NCBI RefSeq assembly: GCF_004010195.1
Contig: NC_057718.1
Span: 8,662,494 to 8,726,493, forward strand
DNA: 64,000 nt
Direction: 5' to 3'
DNA from: Chiloscyllium plagiosum
Taxonomy: Eukaryota
Shown: in pieces, positions 35,757 to 48,969 of the stretch
Position numbering within the stretch: the first letter of the stretch is position 1
Layout of the letters: the number at the start of each line of letters is the position of its first letter
The notes under the pieces: model-generated
The model's input: the letters and a program-made list of their open reading frames with translations, nothing else
What the model was told of the DNA's origin: nothing
The model's database searches: none
Made by a program: the position numbers and the translations under genes

Positions 35757-37573
35757 CTGTAGACAAAACAGTTCCACCCACAGTTAAAGTGTTTGATGGG
35801 TACTTGTTCACTGGAGCACAAAACAATATCAGCATCAAAGGTCACACCATTAACAAGGCCTTTTCCTGTGTGATGCAGAAATGTGACAATTCCTACCCTA
35901 CAATTCAACAGAGATCAGCAGATCATGAGAAATAGAATAATTCATGATCATTACAGATAGTGAACAGATCGGAAATACTGAAGTCGCGACAGATGTAACT
36001 GCAAATTCAGTGTGGTGAGGAGTCTGATCCCCCCAGCTCCTTTACAGTTAGTAATGGAAATCCTGTTCTCCCCATCTGAAAGGAGATCATCTTCTTTGTT
36101 TACACTTCCCCAGTCAGTGGCTTAGCTATGTGGACTGGATAGTTGGATGTGTTAATTGCTGATCTAATCAGAAAGGCAGTAGTGCAATTTTATAATCACC
36201 CTTGCTGTTGCCCTGGTGGGGGTTGGTTAGCTCAGTTGGCTGAATGGCTGGTTTGCAATACAGCATGAAACCAACAGATTAAGCTCAATGGAACTCTGTG
36301 GAAGGGTCACCAAAACCTGAAATGTTAACTTTGATTCCTCTTCACAGATGCTGCCAGACCTACTGGGCCTTTCCAGCAACCTCTGTTTTTGTTTCTGATT
36401 TACAGTATCCACAGTTCTTTGGGTTTTCATTTAGGTTCAATTCTCATTCTGGCTGCTGTTATCATGAAGATCCCACTTCCACAACACCGTCTAAGGTATG
36501 GTAGCACTCAGGTCAAATCACCTTTCTCTCATGGGAGAGGCAGCCTATGCTCCATTAGGACTACTTGCCGTGTGTTAGGTAAGGCTCCCAGTTCCACATG
36601 ACTATCTAGGAACCCTGATGATAATCTACATTGAAAACAGACTAACATTTTGTCCTGATGCCCCCTCGATGGTCAGATAAGGCACAGACTCCATCAAATC
36701 TTCAAAATGAGTGAATGGAAAGTCTCCTAAACCTCTTAACCCACCAAGATTTAGATTAGATTAGATTCCCTACAGCGTGGAAACAGGCCCTTTGGCCCAA
36801 CAAGTCCACACCGCCCCTCCAAAGAGCAACCCACCCAGACCCATTCCCCAGCACCTAACACTACGGGCAATTTAGCATTGCCAATTCATCTTGTGAAAGC
36901 TTTTATGAGATAGTTAACTAATGGGGAGAAAAACAAAGATGAAAGACTTGAACATGTATACCACCTTTCACAGCCATGGGATGCCCCAACATGATGTATA
37001 GTCAATGGAGTCTTTGTCAACGCCAACACTTGTAGAACATTCCTGAGTGTGCCAATAGCCACACTTACAACCAACTTAAGAGTTAGTTGAGCTTATAATA
37101 AGATACGTGTAAGCCTGCAGTAAACAATATACATTTACTTGTAGGGATTGGCTCTCTGCAAACAGAGGAATATGTTCAGGCCTTGTGTCTTTTTTTGAAT
37201 TACCCAAGAGCTTGGGAAGCCAATCGTTCCTTGTTGCTTTCTCCATTGGCCTTAGCCAATCAGAGTCAACTTTTTAATCAAGCAGCATACCTTGCTCCTA
37301 ATGTAAACATTGTTGTCATTGATTGAAATTTGTCACTCTTGCATTTATTCTGATAAATGTGAGTATGCACATAGCTAAGATGCTCGACACTGAGGGTGCT
37401 GGGAAAGGTTCCTTAGGCCAGTGTCAGTTAGAGGCAGAATGGGTCAGGATTCTGAGACTGACATCAAACAGTGCAGAAGGCAATGTACAAGTAAAGGGAG
37501 AAACCCTCTAGGTTGATCAGGTCTGACTGCCCGTGTAGCTCAGTCATAATAAATAGTTGTTTTAATAAGTTAC

Positions 37574-37640
37574 CAGTAAACTGCTGCTCTCCCTACGGAA
37601 TGTGAGAACCGACGACAAAGGAGGTTTTTCTGGTGAATTA
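37574..37640 (-). CDS. Predicted 67-nt exon (NSPEKPPLSSVLTFRRESSSLL)
   Basis: ttttcctgatgcctttaacag| acceptor, CTG|gtaact donor, phase 2-0. Confidence 0.55.
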
Positions 37641-37859
37641 CTGTTAAAGGCATCAGGAAAATTAATGCTAAGAGGTGTTTAATCTCTTTTGCTGCTGTCA
37701 ACACTTCTTATCCTACTTCTTACTGAAAATAGATTGATCATCACTTCGAGTTATTAATGCACTTGGACTAGCTGTTTATTTCACGCTGCCTATCACTGTC
37801 CTGGCTCTTTGCTTACGTCCCAATATCATGCATCTTCCCGATTGAGTCTGAATTGATTT

Positions 37860-38222
37860 AGGTCAGATGTCAGAGATAGTTTCTTTACTCAGAGTAATAG
37901 GATGGTGGAGTGCCCTGCCTGCAACAGTAGTAGACTCGCCAACTTTAAGGGCATTTAAAATGGTCATTGGATAAACATGTGGACAAGAATGGAAAAGGGT
38001 AGGATAGATGGGCTTCAAATTGGTTCCACAGATCACACAACATTGAGGGCTGATAGTAGACTCGCCAACTTTAAGGGCATTTAAAATGGTCATTGGATAG
38101 ACATGTGGACGAGAATGGAAAAGGGTAGGATAGATGGGCTTCAAATTGGTTCCACAGATCGACACAACATTGAGGGCCGATGGGCCGATACTGTGCTGTA
38201 ATGTTTCATGTCCTGTGTTCTA
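37860..38222 (+). mobile_element. CR1 3' end with internal ~125-bp tandem duplication
   Basis: TAGTAGACTCGCCAACTTTAAGGGC...CATTGAGGGC at ~37928 and ~38054. Confidence 0.85.
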
Positions 38223-38360
38223 TTGAAGATCTGGACCGGGGGTTGGGGTGGGGTGGGGGGGGGGGGGGGGTCTCTCTGTTCCGTGATTGGTCAATAAACA
38301 CGAGCAATTCGGCCTGGTTCTGTAAGAGTTCACACTTTATTCAATCTCAACCAATCTCAC

Positions 38361-38394
38361 CGGTTGCCCAGTAACGGAGAAACTGCACACATGG
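38361..38394 (-). CDS. Candidate 34-nt exon (or 22 nt from 38382): MCAVSPLLGNR
   Basis: tgtctttgtcttaag| or gtgcag| acceptor, CCG|gtgaga donor; phase 1-2 fits the 67-nt exon. Confidence 0.45.
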
Positions 38395-39005
38395 CTTAAG
38401 ACAAAGACATTTTTACTTCTCTCAAAAAAAGGTATAAAGGGCAGCATTATAGAGCATATTCAAATTACCAATCAATTTTAATGAAATGACTTTATTAACA
38501 GCAACTTAGCCCAATGATATTTCCTGGGAACCAACCTTGTTTTCCAACATCCAAGTACACCTATCTCGCGAACCTAGTTCCTACACCTGCACTTGCAAGG
38601 TCAGTTAGGATGGCTAGTAATGTCTTATCTAGTCTAGTGATTTCTATGCTGTAAAGGAAGCATTTTCTGCTAATCTTTGTTGGGACAGACTGTGGTTAGT
38701 TCAGCTTTTAGCAGAGTTAAAAGCTATTTTATGCAGTTTTAAGCAGAATTGTCAATTTGTAGTCTAGAAGCCATTTTGTCATATTATTTGCATTAAAAAG
38801 CCATTTTATTGCTGTCTATTGTTAGTAAGTGCATGTATTAAATGGTTGTTCCTGACTACAACCAGTTACTTCAGCCTGTATTCAGATTTCAGATCCTCAC
38901 TATGATTCTGTTACAGCTTTGCAATGTGTCCTCCTTCAGATTTTGTGCCTGTTGCTATTTGATCAGTGGATTCAGATTGGAGATGTTTTCTGCCCTGGCT
39001 CTTAC

Positions 39006-39012
39006 CTTAACA
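39006..39012 (-). CDS. Candidate 7-nt microexon TGTTAAG (or 60-nt exon from 39065)
   Basis: gttgccttcactgttacag| acceptor, strong AAG|gtaaga donor; frame uncertain. Confidence 0.35.
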
Positions 39013-39344
39013 CTGTAACAGTGAAGGCAACACCAAAGAACACCCTCTTGGAGCCGTTACGAAACCTACAAATGGAAGTGTGGTGTGATGATCTCTTTGG
39101 AAGGCTGATTTGAAATGGGGTGAATGTTAATCCATCTCAGTTATCCTGCACCTCATATCAGGCTTTCATTACACATTGAATACTCTGTGTTACTGAGGGA
39201 GTGCCACATCTTGGAGTTCTTTAACCTTTCAGACTCTGCCCGTGATCTGATTGGACATTTAAAACCTGGCTTTTCTGTTTAATGCATGACATTAGGCAAA
39301 TGTTAGATCCAAAGAGACAACGTATAAAATTTACAGAGAAAGTA

Positions 39345-39696
39345 ACAAGATTAGAGTGATGCTGAAAAAGCACAGCAGGTCAGGCAGCATCCGAGCAGCA
39401 GGAAAATCGACATTTCGGTCAAAAGCCCTTTATCAGGAATGAGGCAGGGAGCCTCGGGAGTGGAGAGATAAATGGAAGGGGGTGGGGCTGGGGAGAAGGT
39501 AGCTGAGTGTGCAATAGGTGGATGGAGGTGGGGATGAAGGTGATAGGTCGGAGAGGAGGGTGGAGTGGATAGTTGGGAAGGAAGATTGGCAGGCAGGACA
39601 GGTCATGAGGATAGTGTTGAGCTGGAAGGTTGAAACTGGGTTAAGATGGGGGAAGGGGAAATGAGAAAACTGGTGAAGTCCACATTGATGCCCTGC
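39345..39696 (-). mobile_element. PLE family A 3' end
   Basis: Similar to 10470-10780. Confidence 0.8.
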
Positions 39697-40770
39697 AAAC
39701 CTGGAGATTGGGAGAAGTTTAGAATTCAGTTAAAGAGAACAAAATAATTGATTAGAGGGAGAAATAGAGTATGAGTGCAAATCAGTAGGGAACATGAAAA
39801 TGAACTGTAAAAGCTTCTATAAAAATATGGAGACAGGGATATTAGTGAAGACAAATGTAGATCTCTTATAGTCAGAAAAGGGGGAAATTTTATTGGGAAC
39901 AAAGAAATGGCAGAAGATTTGAGCACTTATTTAATCTTCACAACGGAGACGCATTAATTTCAAAGAAATTTCAGACAACTAAGCATCTGGTGAGAGGGAG
40001 AAATTTAAGCAATCTGTATTAGTAAGAAAATGGAGCAGAAGAAATGAACAGGGTTAAAGGTTAACAAATTGGCCATGGCCTTACAATCTACATTCCAGAG
40101 TAGAAAAGGGTAATAACCATGGACATATTGGATTCATTCATTGGTCATCTTCCAAAATTCCTACAGATTATAAGGTAGCAAAGGTAACTCAATTATTTAA
40201 AAGGAAAGAGAGAAAATCATAGAGAATTGCAGGCCTTTAGCCTAACAGCAGCAGAGGGTAAAATGGTGGTAAAATGTGATAATGGAACACCAGGAAAGCA
40301 TTCAGGGGATTAGACAAGGTCAGTATGGGTTTATGAAAGGGAAATCATGCTTGAGTGGAAGTTTTTGAAGATGTAATGAATAGAATAGATAATGGAGAAC
40401 CAGTGGATTTGGTATATTTTGGATTTGAAGAAGGCTTTTGATACTGTCCCTCATATGAGTCTCATGGGCAAAAGGTGAAGCATGTAGGATTGGGGTAGGA
40501 TTGTCATTGACCAAGAATTGGTTGAGAGAGAGAAATAGAGAATACAAATACACAGGTCTTTTTCTGAATGACAGGCAATAGGTAGTGGTGCATTGCAGGG
40601 ATCAGTGCTTGGGCCCCAGCTATTCACAACATATGTAAATGACTTGGCTGGAGGAACCAATATTTCCAAGTCTGCTGATGACACAAAATTAGGTGGGACT
40701 GTGAGGAGGATACAAGGAGGCTTCAAAGTGGTATAGACAAATCAAGTGAAGGGGAAAACACACAGAGATG
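39697..40770 (+). mobile_element. Old CR1 ORF2 fragment
   Basis: QYGFMKGKSCL, QGSVLGPQLF, SADDTKLGG. Confidence 0.8.
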
Positions 40771-41033
40771 CAGTTGTTGTGTTGCCATACTCTTTCCAGA
40801 CCAGTCGGGCTCCTCTCATTACAGAGAAGTGACTGGTGGTGATTTAACCTGAGGGCCACCAGACATCAGGCAAGGGAAGAGGTTGTTAAGGAAAGTCCTT
40901 CATTGGCAATCTCAAACCAGTGATGGGAATTAAACCCAGGTTGTTAGCATCATACTGCTCTGTAAACCAACAATCCAGCCAGCTGAGCTAAACCAATTCC
41001 CAGAGATGCAGCATAACATGGATAAATATGAAT

Positions 41034-41565
41034 CTGGATGTAGGTTTTCATTTTCATTCGTTTTGTCACCATACTAGGTAACATTAGACAAACAGGCAGA
41101 AAACTAGCCACCAGGATACATGAACATCAACTAGCCACAAAATGACATGACCCTCTCTCACTAGTATCCTTACATACAGATGAGGAAGGACACCACTTTG
41201 ACTGGGACCATGCATCCAACCTAGGACAAGCCAAACAGAGACACATGAGAATTCCTAGAATCATGACATTCCAATCAGAACTCTATCAACAAACACATTG
41301 ATTTGGAACCCATTTACCACCCCCTGAAAAAAGAACAGGAAATGACATCACCATAGGAAATGACATCACCACAGGAAATGACATCACCAACCCAAATAAA
41401 CGTAATCATTAAATAGAAAGCAGGAATCATCAGCAGTGCTTCGTCCAGAGGCTCACCGAAGATGTTACTAGTATGGTCATGAATCGTCTGAAAATGAACC
41501 TTCAGCTCAGTGAGCAAACCAGCATTCAGAATCTCAACGTGAGCTACAAATCTTCTCAAAGCTCA
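41034..41565 (+). mobile_element. PLE family C 3' end (GIY-YIG C-half plus terminus) with an inverted terminus piece at its 5' side
   Basis: GRKLATRIHEHQLATK; degenerate HHR ~41455-41492; inverted piece ~41034-41085; TSD ATAAAT(A/G)TGAAT at 41022 and 41566. Confidence 0.8.
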
Positions 41566-41679
41566 ATAAATGTGAATGTATATACTTGAATGGCAGCATT
41601 TTATACATATTCAGAAATGTACATACGCAAAGGGATCTTGGTTCTTTGTACCCTAGCTTAACAGGCTGGTGCGGAAAGC

Positions 41680-42215
41680 AGGAGGAGAAAGTGAGGACTG
41701 CAGATGCTGGAGAGTCAGAGATCAAACAGTGTGGTGCTGGAAAAGCACAGCAGGTCAGGCAGCATACGCGGACCGGGAGAGTTAATGTTTCGGGCATAAG
41801 CCCTTCATCAGGGATGTGGATGAGGAAGGGGGTTGAGAGATAAATACGAGGATGGGGGCGGGAGTGGGGGAGAGGCAGCTGGGAAGGTGATAGGTGGATG
41901 CAGATGTGTGGTGATGGCGATAGGTGAGTGGAGAGGGTGGAAAGAAGATGGACAGGTACTACAGGTCAAGAGGGGAGTGCCAAGTTGGAGGGCTGGACCT
42001 GGGATGAGGCGGGAGGTGGGGAGTATTGGAAACTGGCGAAGTTGATGTTGCCATGTGGTTGGAGGGACCCAAATCAGAAGATGAGGTATTCTTCTTCCCG
42101 TTGACAGGTTTTGATTTGGTGGTGGCCCAGGACTTGCATGTCCTTGGGGAAGTGGGAGAAAAAGCTGAAGTGGTTGGCCAAAGGGCGGTGGGGTAAGTTG
42201 GTTGGTCCGTGTGGC
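41680..42215 (-). mobile_element. PLE family A 3' end
   Basis: Terminus plus decayed endonuclease C-terminus; HHR-like motif ~41781-41815. Confidence 0.8.
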
Positions 42216-42331
42216 CAAGATAAATGATATGTTGGCCTCCAATGCAAGAGGATCTGAGTTCAGAAGTAGGGATAACTAGCAGCATTTGAATATTGTGTGC
42301 AGTTTTGATCTCCCAACTGAAGAGATTACAT

Positions 42332-42547
42332 GTTTTGAAAAATGTGGTGCTGGAAAAGCACAGCAGGCCAGGCAGCATCCAAGGAGTAGGAGATTCGACG
42401 TTTTGGGAATAAGCCCTTCTTCAGGAAGAAGGGCTTATGCCCGAAACATCGATTCTCCTGCTCCTCGGATGCTGCCTGGCCTGTTGTGTTTTTCCAGCAC
42501 CACATTTTTCAACTCTGGTCTCCAGCGTCTGCAGTCCTCACTTTCTC
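42332..42547. mobile_element. PLE family A fold-back inside a CR1 fragment
   Basis: Inverted arms; perfect 15-bp TSD CTGAAGAGATTACAT (42317, 42548). Confidence 0.85.
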
Positions 42548-42880
42548 CTGAAGAGATTACATACTTACCCTAAAGAGAGTATAGCTGACACCTGGGATGG
42601 TAGGACTGTCATATGATGAGAGATTGATTGACTGGGCCTGTCTCACAAGGTTGAGAGGTAATCTGATTAAAAAGCATAAAATTCTAATAGGACTGGACAG
42701 AATAGATGCAGAGAGGATATTTACTTTTCCTGGGTGGGGAGTCTCAAACCAGGGGAGACAACCTCAGGATATTGAGTAGGTCACTTAGCACTGAGATAAG
42801 GAGAAATGTCTTCACTCAAAGGTTGAAAGCCGCTGGAAGTCTGCCACAGAAGGCTGTAGAGAATGGGTTACTGAGCGTAT

Positions 42881-43445
42881 TGGAACAAAGGTCGGGTGGA
42901 TCTCATTGACTATGAGATCCCTGATTAGGGTTGTTAACCTGGACCAATCAGGGAGCCCTGGCTGACTGATATAAGTAAGGATATTTGAGAAGATTTGTAG
43001 CCCAGGCTGATGCTAAGTCTGTAAGTTAGCTCGCTGAGCTTGAAGGTTTATTTTCAGATGTTTCGTCACCATGCTAGGTAACATCATCAGTGAGAGTCTC
43101 TGGTGAAGCGCTGGTGGTATGTCCCGCCCCTCTATTTAGTTTCTTAAGGTGGGTGATGTCATTTCCAGTTCTTCTTTACAAGGGAAGGTAGATGGGATCT
43201 AAAATCGATTTGTTTACTGATAGAGTCCTGTTAGAATGCCGTGCCTCGAAGAATTCTCATGTGTGTCTTTGTTTTGCCGGTCCCAGGAAGTGTGTGTTGT
43301 CCCAGTCAAAGTGATGGCCTTCTTTGCCTGTCTCCTCATTCTAGGGACTGGCTATGAGCTGGCTAGTCAGAGCCCCCATGTATTGGGCACATGGAAATAA
43401 AGGGTGACTTGGTGACAGGATACTGGCCTCTGTGCAGTTATTACA
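42881..43445 (+). mobile_element. Probable solo LTR interrupted by a family C PLE (~42983-43330, minus)
   Basis: TG...ACA ends, CCAAT, TATAA and AATAAA in order; PLE HHR at 43054-43093 (TCA-CTGATGA-T-GTTACC..GGTGAC-GAAACATC-TGA). Confidence 0.55.
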
Positions 43446-44355
43446 GTGTTCAAAAGAATGATTGATAAGTGTTTAGATGATCAAGACATCAAGGATTAAT
43501 GAGAAGAGGCCAGAAATGTGACGCTGAGACATAGGGTCAGCCATGATCATATTGGGCAGGTTCAAAGGGCCTAATCAGAGGGTTAGATAGGGTGGACTGG
43601 GAGAGCCTTTTTCCAAATATGGGAAGGCAAACACAAGGGGACATAACTTTAAAGTGAGAGGAGATAGGTATAAGACAGATGTCAGAGGTAGTTTCTTTAC
43701 TCAGAGTAGTAAGGGTATGGAATGCTTTGCCTGCCACGGTAGTAGATTCACCAAGTTTAAGTGCATTTAAGTCGTCATTGGACAGGCATATCTGCGTTGT
43801 AATGTTCTATGTTCTATGTACTCTTTCTTTTAGTTTATATTTTCTGCTTCTAGGATGAGTTTTGTAGCTCTGAATTAAGGATGTCAGAGTGGAAACAGCT
43901 CCCAGGACTTTCACAAATCCTGGGAAAGAGTACGAACAGCTCTAGGCCGCTCTGCTGTCGTTTGATGAGATGATGTCTGACCTTCCACGTCCATCGTGAC
44001 ATTTGGCACAAATCTGGCACAGCCCATGAGTGCCAATGCCATGTTTGAGACACTACCACCAAGATGTACCATCTTTTCCAACAGTTCATCACAAGGAAGA
44101 ATGGCTCAGAGGTTCCAATGTTAATTCATAACTGTCACAGCTCACATGAAATACTGAAATGTAAAGATTTTTCAGCTTTCAACAATAGATTTGACGAACG
44201 ACAATGAAAAAAAAATGGAACACTTCAGGCAAGATGCACCATCAGAAAATGGCTGGGGGAAATGTGAAATCATGCAGAAATTAAGTGATCAAAGTCAGCA
44301 ATCTGTTTCTGGTCTGAAAAGTGAACTTGTGTATTTTTCCACTGATTATGAGCTT

Positions 44356-44946
44356 TGTGATGATGCTGTCACTTAAAAAAGGCTAGTTTGTCCTTGTTTT
44401 TTTTTCCAAAAGTGGTCCTAAAGCCAGCGGCCCCTGAAATGTCTACTTTTAACAATGGCAGGAGAATGATCACCTCTCCCAGTTCAGGTTTCTTTCTCGA
44501 TTTGGTTGAGTTGTAACAGTGAGAAGCTGCTGGTTTTGCTGTAGCAGAGAAGCTGCTGCAATGTAGAGAAAGTTTCCAAGCTTCAGCAGATGATTCCTGA
44601 CTGACTTTTCTCTCTGAAATCTCTCCTGTGTATAAGAACCTGTGGTTGGATTTACCTTTTGCCAGGATATGTATTTATGGGATGTAATGGGAACAACTCC
44701 TTAGTTAAGTTGCTGTGTCGGGTCAGTTAGGTTTTCCAATAGTTAAGTTATTCTAAATTCCGTTTTCTTTTGGTCATGTTTCAACTGAAGTGTTTAAATA
44801 AATACTGTTTTGCTTAAAGCCGAGTGGTTTGACCAGCGCATCACGGCTGGAACACCCACTTCACATCTGCCTTTAAATTAAGAAAAAGTTAGGGTCTGGG
44901 CTACCTTCTTAAAATATTTTGAGGGGGTCTGGCCTGGTCCATAACA
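44356..44946 (+). mobile_element. Probable solo LTR
   Basis: TGTGA...TAACA termini, near-TSD GCTT/GCTA, AATAAA ~44797. Confidence 0.55.
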
Positions 44947-45519
44947 GCTATTTCACCATTTTCAGTCTCCATTCTGGGTTGCCAGTATCTGCTGCATTGT
45001 ATTTACAAATTAGCTGAAGTTTTTGATTCCTTTCATAGGAAACCTCAATTACAAACAGCCAGGTGTTTTCAGGCACAGAAGTGGCACTGTAATCACACTT
45101 TCTTTAAGAGTGTGAAGTTACCATACTTCAGTTGATTCGTTTCAGGAAAATTCAAATAATTAGAACCCAAAGAGTGTCAAATATGTCTAGAAATTTAATA
45201 GGTGCAATTATAAAAATTTTTCTTTCTCACTTCTCACCTGACTCTAGCATATTCCATCCTGTTATGCTGGTTTGCGTGTTCCTTTGTGCAGACTACTTTT
45301 AACGCTTAAGGTTTACCCTGTCTTAGCTGTTAAAGGCTTTTGGTGATGTGTATCTCCAGGCACGTACATATGCACCCATCAATACTCATACACACCCATA
45401 AACACACTATCTGCAGTCCTCACTTTTGCCGAGTTGATTTTAACCTTACTGCGAATCCTCTTGCAAGGATGCCTACCTTGAAGAAGTTCTCCTCCTCTCT
45501 CCACAAGAATCTCAGTGAG

Positions 45520-46144
45520 TCTCTCTCTCTCTCACTNNNNNNNNNNNNNNNNNNNNNNNNNNNNNNNNNNNNNNNNNNNNNNNNNNNNNNNNNNNNNNNA
45601 CACACCCAACGACACACATCCGAACCCACACACACACACACACACACAGAGCCACACCCACCTCAGATGCACACATACACCAGAAATACATACACAATAC
45701 ACTCACATACATACACACACAGAGACACACAGAGAAATACACACAGAAACACACACAGACACAGCCACACACACGCATCAAGACACACACTGACACACAC
45801 ACAGATGCACCGACACATACATAAACACACAGATACACATGCATATGCACAGGCACACATGCACAAACACACAGACTGACACACACAGACACATACATAA
45901 ACACACCCGGACATAGATGCACATGGACACACAGAAACACATACAGATGCACCCACACATACATACACATAAAAATACTCACAGACATACCTACATACTC
46001 TCACACACATACAGGTGCACGCACACACACACACATACAGGCGCACACACATTCACACACATCCAGGCGCACGCGTGCACACATACAGGCGTGCGTACAC
46101 ACGCACACGCGCACACACATTCACACATATACAGGCGAGCCGTG

Positions 46145-46176
<32 letters not shown>

Positions 46177-46200
46177 CACACAGACATTCACACACATACT
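45520..46200. repeat. Long imperfect (CA)n microsatellite
   Basis: CA-rich run, includes N gap. Confidence 0.95.
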
Positions 46201-46286
46201 GTTCCCACTCAGGTGCAGCACTTCTGTGAGCGCCTGATAAAACTGGTCAACAAATCTCTGAGTCCGCTGAGAGGTGGCGCACCTAC

Positions 46287-46306
46287 CGGGTACTCAGTGT
46301 AGATGG
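46287..46306 (-). CDS. Candidate 20-nt microexon (PSTLSTR or IYTEYP)
   Basis: cccctttaatacag| acceptor, CCG|gtaggt donor. Confidence 0.35.
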
Positions 46307-47628
46307 CTGTATTAAAGGGGCACACATAGGAGTCACGGAGGTTGTGGTTTTAAACTCTCCTCCACACAACATGGACATGTGCTCCAGGCTGACGCTGCAC
46401 AGCAATGGTGAGGGATTGCTGCACTGTCAGAGATGCTGGTGAATATTCCCTGTTGTACTGGTTAACAATGTGGCATCTTGCTGCGTGGAAACTGGCAGCC
46501 ACGTTTCCCATGTGACCAAGCACACTTCCAACGTATCGAATTGTCAAGTGTTTTGGGAAGTCCGAGGGATGTAAAAAGTGGTATATAAATCCAGTACTTA
46601 CTTTAGTAGCTGCCCAGTGACCAACTCAGTGTGGTTCAGTAATGGTGTCATTGTTAGCTCTATTGTACTGGAGGTGTTGATTGGACTGATTGAGTCAGCA
46701 TACACTCCACATTTGGTTCCAAAACCCTCTCGTGTTCCCACTCAGACTTATCAAATAACATTTATCTTCATTAAATGACATCTGTCACTTGATGGTACAA
46801 ACTTCTATCCAATTTATTGTGGTTGTCTGCCAAGAAGCAGTGGGCTTCAAGCACAGTACATCAATCACTGCCAGAGAAATGATGCCACAGCATGTAACTG
46901 AACAGAGAAATGAGCAGCAACTCCTGCTGATCTGGCTACAGCTTTATTCTCAAAAGTCAATACACTTCCCTGGTTACGATGTACATTCTGTGCCCACGAG
47001 ATTTCAACAGATCATTGAAAACTACCAACAGCTTTGTAGCACACTTTATAAACTGCGGCATGAATAGGGAGGGCTTATTCAGTGCGACTAGTAAGTCAGG
47101 GTTTCACCTTGAGTCTCGTTCTTCACTCAGTCACCCCCTCTCTCGATCACGTTTTTCAAACATTTTAAAAACCTGGATTCACTCACCCCTCACCCTCCTG
47201 TTCTCCAGGAAATGCACGGCACTGTCATACAAACTGCTCTTCTTCTACAATTGGGTTGAATGGCACTAGAACTGGCATGATGGGCTGAATGGTCTTTGGT
47301 CAGTCAGTTTCCCATTGGAAAGGTCTGGGGACGGGTAGGATTTCAAGCGAAGAATGAGGTGGAAGTTTCTATAGTGATTGGTGAAGGGGGAGTGTGGGTG
47401 TGGTGGCAATGTGTGAGCAGGAGTAAGGTGGGAACTTGGTGGAACACTCAAACCCCTTCCGTTCCTGCGTTAGAGAGTCAGAAACGGAGAATTATTTTAA
47501 AAGGCAACCTCAATGGGCATCCTCTGACCTTGGCTCCATGTTGTAGTACAAGGAGCTTGGATCTGATAGGTTAATAGCTAATGAATGCATTAAGTTCCAA
47601 CTATTATGACAAGGTCATAAGAATTTGG

Positions 47629-48420
47629 GGAGAAAGTGAGGGCTGCAGATGCTAGAGATTAGAGCTGAAAATGTGTTGCTGGAAAAGCGCAGCAGGTCAG
47701 GCAGCATCCAAGGAACAGGAGGATCGACGTTTCGGGCATAAGCCCTTCTTCAGGAATGAGGAAAGTGTGTCCAGCAGGCTAAGATAAAAGGTAGGGAGGA
47801 GGGACTTGGGGGAGGGGCTTTGGAAATGCGATAGGTGGAGGGAGGTCAAGGTGAGGGTGATAGGCCGGAGTGGTGATAGGCCACCTACTTGCGGAACATT
47901 TCAGAGAACACCTCTGGGTCACCCGGACCAACCAACCCAACCACCCCGTAGCTCAACACTTTAAATCCCCCTCTCACTCCACCAAGGACATGCAGGTCCT
48001 TGGACTCCTCCATCGCCAGACCATGGCAACATGACGGTTGGAGGAAGAGCGCCTCATCTTCTGCCTGGGAACCCTCCAACCACAAGGGATGAACTCAGAT
48101 TTCTCCAGTTTCCTCATTTCCCCTCCCCCCACCTTGTCTCAGTCAAATACCTCGAACTCAGCACCGCCTTCCTAACCTGCAATCATCTTCCTGACCTCTC
48201 CGCCCCCACCCCACTCCGGCCTATCACCCTCACCTTGACCTCCCTCCACCTATCGCATTTCCAAAGCCCCTCCCCCAAGTCCCTCCTCCCTACCTTTTAT
48301 CTTAGCCTGCTGGACACACTTTCCTCATTCCTGAAGAAGGGCTTATGCCCGAAACATCAATTCTCCTGCTCCTTGGATGCTGCCTGACCTGCTGCGCTTT
48401 TCCAGCAACACATTTTCAGC
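47629..48420. mobile_element. PLE family A insertion with ~215-bp inverted termini around an endonuclease fragment
   Basis: Arms ~47662-47873 and ~48209-48421; perfect 14-bp TSD TCATAAGAATTTGG (47615, 48421). Confidence 0.9.
47722..47757 (-). ncRNA. Minimal hammerhead ribozyme (family A), core intact
   Basis: ATTC-CTGAAGA-A-GGGC(TTAT)GCCC-GAA-ACGT-C-GAT; opposite-strand copy at 48327-48362. Confidence 0.75.
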
Positions 48421-48969
48421 TCATAAGAATTTGGCTCAGGAAAACAGCTCTCATGTCAAAGGAGATAGACTAATGATCTTGGCCACCTCATAGACATATT
48501 TTCAAACAATATGCCACACCTTTGGAGCTGCTCGGAACCTGTGCCTCCTGGCCAAGAAGTAGAGACACTACCATTGTGCCAAAACAGACCTTATCATTTA
48601 GCTTGTACCATAAGACCATAAAACAGAGAAATTAGGCCATTCAGCCCATTGATTCCACTCCACCATTCAATCATGGCTGATATGTTTCTGAACACTAGTC
48701 TTCCACTTTCTCCCCGTAACCTTTGATCCCCTTGACAATCGAGAACCTATCTATCTCTGTTTTAAATATCCTCAGTGACTTGGCCTCCACAGCCTTCTGT
48801 GGCAGTGAACTCCACAGATTCACCCCTCTCTGGCTGAAGAGGTTTCGCCTTATCTCCGTTCCATAGGATCTTCCCTTTATTCTATTAATGTGCCCTCAGG
48901 TCCTTGTCTCTCCTGCCAATGGAAACATCTCCCCAACCTCCACTCTCTCCAGGCTGTTCGGTATTCAGT

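Noticed and set aside
45340..46302. His/Thr- and Cys/Val-rich ORFs
   Set aside because: Translation of a CA microsatellite.
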